NCBI GenBank assembly: GCA_038231455.1
Contig: JBBRLI010000043.1
Location: 1 to 12,769 of the forward strand
Reading direction: 5' to 3'
Source of the DNA: Vulcanimicrobiales bacterium
GTDB taxonomy: Bacteria > Vulcanimicrobiota > Vulcanimicrobiia > Vulcanimicrobiales > Vulcanimicrobiaceae
Length of the DNA stretch: 12,769 bases
A program made the position numbers and the translations under genes. The notes beneath the pieces are model-generated. The model searched no databases and was not told the DNA's origin. It saw only the letters and a list, made by a program, of their open reading frames with translations. This document shows positions 1 to 6,174 of the stretch, piece after piece. The first letter of the stretch is position 1. Each line of letters starts with the position of its first letter.

Positions 1-27
1 AGGCGAAAGCCTCGCCAGGAGACGCAC

Positions 28-294
28 GTGAAGAAATCACGATTCACCGAAGGCCAGATCATCGCTGCGTTCAAGGAGTCAGAGGCCGGCGCCAAGACCG
101 GCGACATCTGCCGAAAACTCGGCATCAGCCGCGCCACGTTTTACAAGTGGAAATCGAAGTTCGGCGGCATGGAAGTCAGCGATGTCGCCAAGATGCGAGC
201 ACTCGAGGACGACAATCGCCGATTAAAACGGATCGTCGCTGATCAGGCCCTAAATATCGACGCGCTAAAACTCGTCGCCTCGGGAAACTACTGA
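28..294 (+). CDS. IS3-family transposase OrfA (HTH DNA-binding)
   Basis: MKKSRFTEGQII...ICRKLGISRATFYKWKSKFGGM...LEDDNRRLKRIVAD is the typical OrfA HTH plus leucine-zipper pattern. GTG start with AGGAG at 17-21. Confidence 0.95.
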   Translation: MKKSRFTEGQIIAAFKESEAGAKTGDICRKLGISRATFYKWKSKFGGMEVSDVAKMRALEDDNRRLKRIVADQALNIDALKLVASGNY

Positions 295-311
295 CGCCGG
301 CACAGCGGCGT
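282..311 (+). other. Programmed -1 ribosomal frameshift signal
   Basis: G GGA AAC (X XXY YYZ) at 282-288 is phased with orfA codons. After a 5-nt spacer comes the hairpin ACGCCG (294-299)/CGGCGT (306-311). A -1 shift enters the orfB frame. Confidence 0.8.
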
Positions 312-1136
312 AAGGCGGCACTGGCAGTGCAAAACGCATTCCAGGTAAGCGAACGTGCTGCGTGCCGGTACGTCGCGGCGAATCGGCGGATGGTCCGTTA
401 CCTTCGGATTGTTCGTGACGACGCCGAGCTGCGCGAGAAGCTTCACGCACTTGCCGTCGAGCGTCGACGATTTGGTTCGCGACGGCTCGCCATCATGCTC
501 AGGCGAGATGGCGTCGATGTCGGCATGACACGACTTCTGCGGGTCTATCGAGAGGCGCATTTGCAAGTACGAAAACGAGTAAAACGACGCGTTGCATTCG
601 GGCGCGGCGAACCAAAACCGGCGGTAGCCGTTCCGAACGAGCGCTGGTCGCTCGATTTCGTTCACGACACGCTTCGATCAGGACGGAGAATTCGCGCGCT
701 CACGATCGTGGATGATTGTAGTCGGGAAAGCCTTGCGATCGAAGTCGACACATCGCTTTCGGGATCTCGCGTGACGCGAGTTCTCGATGCGATCGGCAGC
801 GTGCGCGGATATCCTAAAACGATCGTCATGGACAATGGTACGGAACTTACGAGCTTGGCGATGCTCAGATGGGCCGCCGATCGCCGTGTTCGCTTGCTCC
901 ATATCGCGCCGGGGAAGCCGACGCAAAACGCAAATATCGAGAGCTTCAACGGTCGCTTCCGCGACGAATGCCTGAACGAGAACGAGTTCCTTACGCTGGA
1001 AGAAGCCCGCGAGATCATCGAAGATTGGCGACTGGACTACAACGCCCGTCGCCCTCATGCAGCACTCGGAGGCTTGACGCCAGACGAGTTCTGCCGCAAT
1101 CTTAAACCACCAACTTCGTACTTATCCGTGGTGTAA
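282..1136 (+). CDS. IS3-family transposase OrfB (rve/DDE catalytic domain), probably expressed as an OrfAB fusion
   Basis: WSLDFVHD, IVMDNGTE and NANIESFNGRFRDECLN supply the D-D-E triad. The frame is open from 282 (GKLLTPAQRRKAALAVQ...), upstream of the track start at 327. Confidence 0.95.
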   Translation, partial: GKLLTPAQRRKAALAVQNAFQVSERAACRYVAANRRMVRYLRIVRDDAELREKLHALAVERRRFGSRRLAIMLRRDGVDVGMTRLLRVYREAHLQVRKRVKRRVAFGRGEPKPAVAVPNERWSLDFVHDTLRSGRRIRALTIVDDCSRESLAIEVDTSLSGSRVTRVLDAIGSVRGYPKTIVMDNGTELTSLAMLRWAADRRVRLLHIAPGKPTQNANIESFNGRFRDECLNENEFLTLEEAREIIEDWRLDYNARRPHAALGGLTPDEFCRNLKPPTSYLSVV

Positions 1137-1153
1137 ACCGCGCGTACACGTCA

Positions 1154-1391
1154 ATACCGATATAGTATGCCTTTGTCCAGAACTTCCCGGAAAGTCTTGC
1201 GACAAATACCTCATGACAACGTGTTCACTGATCGCGGAAGCTAGTGAAATTATCGAGCGCTCGCGGGGAGTACCTACATCGAATATGGCCCAGTCGATGG
1301 CTCGGGCCAACTGACCCCAGCAGCCTTCGCAACGCCGAGGAGACGTTACTTTCAACTATCTCTAAATTGGACACCGTACCGGGTAACGTCA
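1154..1391 (+). pseudogene. Degenerate 3' remnant of a second IS3-family transposase with its right inverted repeat
   Basis: Frameshifted fragments IPI*YAFVQNF / GKSCDKYL / IAEASEIIERSR / YIEYGPVDGSGQLTPAAFA parallel the OrfB C-terminus KPTQNANIESFNGRFRDECL...LEEAREIIEDWR..YNARRPHAALGGLTPDEF. The segment ends ...GGACACCGTACCGGGTAACGTCA at 1391. Confidence 0.8.
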
Positions 1392-1463
1392 GTGCATAGA
1401 GCATCTATAAAAGAAGGCATTCACGTCGTGCGGCTATTTCTGTTATAGACGGCAATCGGAAAT

Positions 1464-1754
1464 CTAGTCAGGAAGTTTGAGGCGTTGGCCGGGGACCAAG
1501 GCGGGCGAACCGAGGTGGTTTGCGGCGATGATCTGGTCGACCACGGCTTGAACGTCCCCGCCGCTTGCGGTGCGCGTCTCAGCGATCTTCCAGAGGTTGT
1601 CGCCCGCTTGGACCGTGACCGTCGAGAACGTGACCGGCGAAGCGGCGTGGAGCATGTTGCTCGAAAGGGCAGGCACCGTAACGGCGAGGCTCAGAGTCGC
1701 GAGCGCGATGAGCGGCATCAGCGTGAACTTCGGTTTGCGTTGGATCGCGTACAT
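1464..1754 (-). CDS. Membrane-anchored LysM protein, YneA/ChiZ-like SOS cell-division inhibitor (96 aa)
   Basis: ATG at 1754 with GGGAGAAGG upstream. Basic N-terminus, one hydrophobic helix (LMPLIALATLSLAVTVPAL) and a C-terminal LysM (VTVQAGDNLWKIA...IIAANHL...LVPGQRLKLP). Divergent from lexA. Confidence 0.85.
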   Translation of the reverse strand: MYAIQRKPKFTLMPLIALATLSLAVTVPALSSNMLHAASPVTFSTVTVQAGDNLWKIAETRTASGGDVQAVVDQIIAANHLGSPALVPGQRLKLPD

Positions 1755-1783
1755 GATCGCTGCCTTCTCCCTAGATATTGTGG

Positions 1784-1797
1784 CGAACGGCTGTTCG
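1784..1797. promoter_or_regulatory. LexA operator (SOS/Cheo box) 1
   Basis: CGAAC-GGCT-GTTCG has perfect palindromic arms of the Gram-positive GAAC-N4-GTTC consensus. It lies just downstream of the LysM gene -10. Confidence 0.88.
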
Positions 1798-1805
1798 TCC
1801 ACTAC

Positions 1806-1834
1806 ATAATACTGCTGAGGTTGCTTCCCGTCAA
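1806..1834 (-). promoter_or_regulatory. sigma70-type promoter of the LysM gene
   Basis: Minus strand TTGACG (1834-1829), 17 nt, TATTAT (1811-1806), flanked by both SOS boxes. Confidence 0.8.
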
Positions 1835-1842
1835 GGCTATTT

Positions 1843-1856
1843 CGAACGTATGTTTG
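1843..1856. promoter_or_regulatory. LexA operator (SOS box) 2
   Basis: CGAAC-GTAT-GTTTG, one mismatch to consensus. Overlaps the putative lexA -35. Confidence 0.8.
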
Positions 1857-1883
1857 CCTTTTTTCCGGCAGACGTGCTACGAT
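1854..1883 (+). promoter_or_regulatory. Putative sigma70-type lexA promoter with extended -10
   Basis: TTGCCT (1854-1859), 18 nt, TACGAT (1878-1883), preceded by TG at 1875-1876. Confidence 0.6.
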
Positions 1884-2046
1884 ACGTCTCAATCGAGGCA
1901 TAGCGTGCCACCGCGCAATGCCTACTGTATGGCACTCTGCGATGCGGTTCGTCCGGATTTTGCAGATCCGCCCGCGTGAAGCGGTCGGACCGAGGTGCCC
2001 GTCGCGCGAGAACGATCGCGCGGCGCCTCCCGTAAGGAAGCCCATC

Positions 2047-2682
2047 ATGACGGAACGCGCCACCACCGAAAAACAACAGCGCATCCTCCAGGTCATCCGC
2101 GACTACACGGCCGAGCGCGGCTACCCACCCTCGGTTCGCGAGATCGGCGAACGCGTCGGCCTCTCCTCATCCTCGACCGTGCAATCGCACCTCAAGACGC
2201 TCGAACGCCGCGGGCTCCTGCGCCGCGACCCGACGAAGCCGCGCGCGCTCACCACGCACGACGAACCGGGCGGCGCGAACTTCAAGGCCCCGACTGCGAG
2301 CGGCCCCGAGTCCACCGCAATCCCGATCATCGGCCGCGTCGCGGCCGGCACGCCGATTACTGCGGCGGAGAATCTCGAGGACACCTTCGTGCTCCCGTCC
2401 TCGTTTGTAAAAAAATCGGGCGCGTTCATGCTCCGGGTCAAAGGCGAGTCGATGATCGACGCGGCGATCCTCGATGGCGACCTGATCCTCGTCGATCCGA
2501 CGCCCGATGCGAAGAACGGCGAGATCGTGGTCGCGATGATCGACGGCGAAGCAACCGTCAAACGCTTCTACCGGGAGACGGGTCGCGTGCGACTCCAGCC
2601 GGAGAATGCGAGTATGGAGCCAATCTACGCGGACGATGTTACCATCGTCGGCCGAGTCGAGGCAGTCGTCCGCAGACTCTAA
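2047..2682 (+). CDS. lexA: SOS repressor LexA (211 aa)
   Basis: wHTH GYPPSVREIGERVGLSSSSTVQSHLKTLE; Ala-Gly cleavage site GRVAAGTP; catalytic Ser (VKGESM) and Lys (ATVKRF). ATG 2047 with AAGGAAG at 2034-2040; the track start at 1918 is over-extended. Confidence 0.97.
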   Translation: MTERATTEKQQRILQVIRDYTAERGYPPSVREIGERVGLSSSSTVQSHLKTLERRGLLRRDPTKPRALTTHDEPGGANFKAPTASGPESTAIPIIGRVAAGTPITAAENLEDTFVLPSSFVKKSGAFMLRVKGESMIDAAILDGDLILVDPTPDAKNGEIVVAMIDGEATVKRFYRETGRVRLQPENASMEPIYADDVTIVGRVEAVVRRL

Positions 2683-3871
2683 CTCCCCGTTCGGCTGGCT
2701 CGAAGCGCGCTTCGCTCCACTCGCGCATACCGTCGGCGAAGCGCCGGTCATCCTCGCGTTGCGCGATGGGTTGCCGTTTAGCTTTGTCGGGTTGATCCTC
2801 GGGCTTGCCGGTTTTCTGCTCTTCGGCGTCTCCGGCAATCCCGTCGAACGCTTTCACAGCGCGTTTGCGAAGGGCACGCTCGTGCTCACGCTCGACGTCG
2901 GGTTTACCGCGATGTCGATCGCGCTGATCCTGACGCTTTCCGTCGTGCTCGCCCAGCGGGTGAAGTATCCGCTGTGGCTTTCGCTGCCGACGATGATCGG
3001 CGCGTTCGTGCTCTCGCTGCCGCATCCGGCCGTGGCGACGCTCGAAGACTACGCCAAGGCCTTGGGTGCGAGCGGCTTATTCTTAGCGATCGTCGTTGCA
3101 CTCATGTGTACGGCGGCGATGAGTTATGGACGGCGCAAACTTGGGACGCGTGGACTCTATGTTGGCGCAGTCGCCGTCCTCGCGCTTGCGGGACTCGCAT
3201 TCTCGCTGCACTTTTCGCTCGCGCGCTTACTCGCCGAAGTGATCGCGCCGCTGGGATCGCTCGGCGACACGTATACGGGACTGCTCGTAATCGCGCTCTT
3301 GCAAACGGCGCTGTGGCTCGTCGGCATTCACGGCCCGGCACTGCTCGCTGCGGTCGTCACGCCGATCTACTTGAATTTGCAGTTGCTCAATACGGCGGAG
3401 GCCTTGCACCATCAGCCGCTGGAGCACATCGTCGTCGTCTCGACGTTTCTCTTCGTGTTCCCGGGCGGTGCGGGCGCGACGCTGCCGCTTGCACTGCTCT
3501 TATTGCGATCGAAAAGTTCGCGCTTGCGAAAAGTCGCGCTCGCCGGCATCGCGCCGTCGTTGTTCAATACCAACGAGCCGATTTTACTTGGCATTCCGCT
3601 CGTCTTTAATCCGTATCTCGCCATCCCGTTTTTGCTTGCGCCCGCAGTGCTCGTGACGACGACCTACATTGCGATGGCAACGAACTTCGTGAGCAAACCG
3701 GCGTATTACATCCCCTCATCCGTACCGACGGTGATCTCGGTATTTCTTGCAACGCTCGATTGGCGTGCGGTCGTGCTCGTCGTGATCAATATCGGCCTTG
3801 CGATGGCGATTTACTATCCGTTCGTACGCATTTACGAACGCGCTGAAGTCGCGCGCGAGCAGGCGAAGTGA
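2636..3871 (+). CDS. PTS EIIC permease, lactose/cellobiose (ChbC/CelB-like) family; start uncertain (2606 or 2636)
   Basis: Polytopic hydrophobic protein with WLEARFAP...ALRDG, LWLVGIHG, GGAGATL, FNTNEPILLGIPLVFNP and IYYPFVR family motifs. Confidence 0.88.
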   Translation: MLPSSAESRQSSADSNSPFGWLEARFAPLAHTVGEAPVILALRDGLPFSFVGLILGLAGFLLFGVSGNPVERFHSAFAKGTLVLTLDVGFTAMSIALILTLSVVLAQRVKYPLWLSLPTMIGAFVLSLPHPAVATLEDYAKALGASGLFLAIVVALMCTAAMSYGRRKLGTRGLYVGAVAVLALAGLAFSLHFSLARLLAEVIAPLGSLGDTYTGLLVIALLQTALWLVGIHGPALLAAVVTPIYLNLQLLNTAEALHHQPLEHIVVVSTFLFVFPGGAGATLPLALLLLRSKSSRLRKVALAGIAPSLFNTNEPILLGIPLVFNPYLAIPFLLAPAVLVTTTYIAMATNFVSKPAYYIPSSVPTVISVFLATLDWRAVVLVVINIGLAMAIYYPFVRIYERAEVAREQAK

Positions 3872-5127
3872 TCGATCAGGTACTCGAAGGCCGCACGTTC
3901 GATCCGCGCGTGATCGCTGCGGCAAAGATCGCCGCGGTGCAGCTTGATGCGCGCCTGGACCCGACACGAACCGCAATCCGTTTGCGCGTGCTCGATGCAT
4001 TTTACGCCGAGGGTGTCGATGAAAGCGATCTTGCCGGCACGACGGGTTACGGGTACGACGATCCGGCGCGCGCGCGCTACGAATCGCTGTTGGCGCGCTA
4101 CTTTCGTGCGGAGGCCGTTCTCGCGCGGCTTTCCATCGTTAGCGGCACGCATGCAATCGTAGCGACGCTCGCTGCATGCGTGCGACCGGGTGAGGGGATT
4201 CTCTGCGCGAACGGTGCGCCGTACGATACGTTGCGCAATGCCATCGTCACGGCAAAACACTCGCTCGTCAGCGATGGGCGCATGTACGACGAAGTCGCGC
4301 TTAAGAGCGACGATAACGTCGACATCGCCGCACTGAAAACCCGCGTTCGCGAGTCGCAGCCGCGTGCAGTGTTCGTGCAGCGATCGCGCGGCTATAGTAC
4401 GCGCCGCTCGCTCTCGATCAATACGATTGCCGCGATCTGCTCGGCCGTCAAAGCGTCCTCCCCGAAGACGCTCGTGCTTGTCGATAATTGCTACGGCGAA
4501 CTCGTCGAGGAGCGCGAGCCGCTCGAAGTCGGCGCCGATGCGATTATGGGGTCGCTAATCAAAAATATCGGCGGCGGGCTTGCGCCGACCGGCGGCTATG
4601 TCGCCGGCCGGGCCGAGGTCATCGAACGCGTTGCGACGCGGATTTTCGCGCCGGGTCTAGGCGCGGGTCTCGGGCCGACGCTCGGTTTTGGTCGCGCACT
4701 CATCCAAGGATTCTTTTACGCGCCGGGCGTCGTCGAGAACGCGCTGCGCGGCCTGGATTTTGCGGCGGCACTCTTTGTCGCGCTCGGCTACGACGTCTCG
4801 CCCGCGCCGGGCAGCCCGCGCACCGATATCGTGCAGGCGATTCGACTCGGCGATCGCGACAAACTCATCGCGTTTGCGCGTGGGCTGCAACGGGCGATGC
4901 CGATCAATGCGCGCTTTGCGCCCGAACCCGGACCCGTTCCCGGGTATGTCGATCCGGTCATCATGTCGAGCGGTTCGTTCGTGAGCGGCGCGACGATCGA
5001 TCTCTCGTGCGATGCGCCGCTGCGGCCGCCCTTTGAAATGTATCTCCAGGGCGGCGCGATGCTCGAACAGGCCGTACTCGGTGCGCTCTTCGCTGCCGAT
5101 GCCGTCGTGCGCCAAGACGCACATTAG
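3868..5127 (+). CDS. YnbB-like PLP-dependent enzyme (aluminium-resistance / methionine gamma-lyase family)
   Basis: TTGYGYDD, IVSGTHAI, VQRSRGY, VDNCYGELVE, GSLIKNIGGG (PLP Lys) and GATIDLSCDAP. GTGA overlap with the EIIC stop. Confidence 0.9.
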   Translation: MIDQVLEGRTFDPRVIAAAKIAAVQLDARLDPTRTAIRLRVLDAFYAEGVDESDLAGTTGYGYDDPARARYESLLARYFRAEAVLARLSIVSGTHAIVATLAACVRPGEGILCANGAPYDTLRNAIVTAKHSLVSDGRMYDEVALKSDDNVDIAALKTRVRESQPRAVFVQRSRGYSTRRSLSINTIAAICSAVKASSPKTLVLVDNCYGELVEEREPLEVGADAIMGSLIKNIGGGLAPTGGYVAGRAEVIERVATRIFAPGLGAGLGPTLGFGRALIQGFFYAPGVVENALRGLDFAAALFVALGYDVSPAPGSPRTDIVQAIRLGDRDKLIAFARGLQRAMPINARFAPEPGPVPGYVDPVIMSSGSFVSGATIDLSCDAPLRPPFEMYLQGGAMLEQAVLGALFAADAVVRQDAH

Positions 5128-5162
5128 GAGGCGGAGATTAGCCAGGGGCGTACTAGTCCCCC

Positions 5163-5552
5163 ATGTTCGACAAGCGACCACCGGCCGTCGGCAAGGGTGT
5201 TGGCGGCAACGAAATGGATAGCCATTCACGCCGCCTGTTTTTACGGGCGAACGTTGCCATTGAAGCGGTTTATTCGGCGCAGGGCCGCGATGGCGAGCGC
5301 AAAGGCACGATCCAGACGCTGGGTGGCGGCGGCCTCCGCTTTGCAACCGACGAGGATCTGGCCACCTCGACGATCATGACGTTGCACTTCAAGCTTCCTT
5401 CGGGTGCCGATGTGACGGCCCAGGGTCGCGTGGTGCTCTCCTTTTTCGACGCGCATGACAAGCGCTTTAGCCATGGCGTGGCCTTCACGCAGATCGACGC
5501 CGACCATCAGGCCGAGATCGTCACGATCATCTCGAAGCTGATCGAGAACTAG
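5163..5552 (+). CDS. Stand-alone PilZ-like domain protein (start 5163 or 5214)
   Basis: RRLFLR (RxxxR), TLGGGGLRF at the DxSxxG position, LHFKLP...AQGRVV...HGVAF beta-barrel pattern and a C-terminal helix. Confidence 0.8.
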   Translation: MFDKRPPAVGKGVGGNEMDSHSRRLFLRANVAIEAVYSAQGRDGERKGTIQTLGGGGLRFATDEDLATSTIMTLHFKLPSGADVTAQGRVVLSFFDAHDKRFSHGVAFTQIDADHQAEIVTIISKLIEN

Positions 5553-5770
5553 ATCGGGCGGCCCGAGCCGCCCATGAAGCCGTAGAAAAAATACGTATTC
5601 CCGTCGCCGGTCTCAATCGAGATACGCGTCTCGGAGATTTCGGCTTTGACGATGGCCTTGCCGACCATCGTATCGAGAATCATCTGGGCCTGCATGAATT
5701 CGGCTTCACGAAGGGACTCGGGATCGATTTCCATCGGCCCCATGGCCGCTTCTACTTCGTCGGTGTTCAC
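5549..5770 (-). CDS. Small acidic hypothetical protein (73 aa)
   Basis: Fills the gap between convergent and divergent genes, with a 4-nt stop overlap with the PilZ gene. Protein-like composition (acidic helix, then beta-strands IVKAEISETRISIETGDGNTYFFYG). Confidence 0.65.
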   Translation of the reverse strand: MNTDEVEAAMGPMEIDPESLREAEFMQAQMILDTMVGKAIVKAEISETRISIETGDGNTYFFYGFMGGSGRPI

Positions 5771-5877
5771 CTTGGTTATATCGTCCGTCGGACGCTCCGT
5801 CTTTAAGTGGTCGCTCGCTTGAGAGCGGCTGGGGTGAGGAGAGGAGGGCGCCGCGCACCTGTGCGAAGGCTGTCCTG

Positions 5878-6171
5878 ATGTATGTTCTCGAGGTCATGAA
5901 CGGTCCGCTCGATGGCAAAACGTGGTCGTTTGAGCGCGAAATCACAATCGGTCGTGACGATGCGGTTGCGACCGCCTGTATTACTATCGACCGTTATATT
6001 TCCCGAAAACACGCGAAATTGTACGAAGATGCCGGATTTTTGCGTCTCGAGGATCTGGCGAGCCGGAATGGGACCAAGCTCGACGGCCGCCCGGTCGCAG
6101 CGGCTGAAGAGCTGGAAATTGGCAAGCCGTTCCAGGTCGGTCGGACAATTTTGCGCGTCGTGCGTGAATAA
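5878..6171 (+). CDS. Stand-alone FHA (phosphothreonine-binding) domain protein
   Basis: ITIGR, ISRKHA and DLASRNGT canonical FHA motifs. Confidence 0.92.
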   Translation: MYVLEVMNGPLDGKTWSFEREITIGRDDAVATACITIDRYISRKHAKLYEDAGFLRLEDLASRNGTKLDGRPVAAAEELEIGKPFQVGRTILRVVRE

Positions 6172-6174
6172 GTC

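Larger units (their letters stand above)
1..1153 (+). mobile_element. IS3-family insertion sequence (IS407-group-like), left end outside the window
   Basis: orfA (HTH) plus orfB (DDE) in the -1 frame. The right end reads ...GTGTAAACCGCGCGTACACGTCA at 1153 (reverse complement TGACGTGTACGC..., matching the 5'-TG..CA-3' IS3 terminus). Confidence 0.93.

Noticed and set aside
1122..1355. 77-aa minus ORF after the IS
   Set aside because: The region is better explained as a plus-strand decayed IS3 remnant.
1918..2046. 43-aa N-terminal extension of LexA from ATG 1918
   Set aside because: No LexA similarity and no SD. ATG 2047 has AAGGAAG and gives a normal-length LexA.
1755..2096. N-terminal extension of the 210-aa minus ORF (1464..2096)
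   Set aside because: It runs through SOS boxes, promoters and lexA. The RBS and promoter support the ATG at 1754.
2659..2686. prfB-like +1 frameshift (CTC TAA C) fusing LexA to the EIIC, which lies in the +1 frame
   Set aside because: CUC to UCU gives poor tRNA re-pairing and there is no correctly spaced internal SD.
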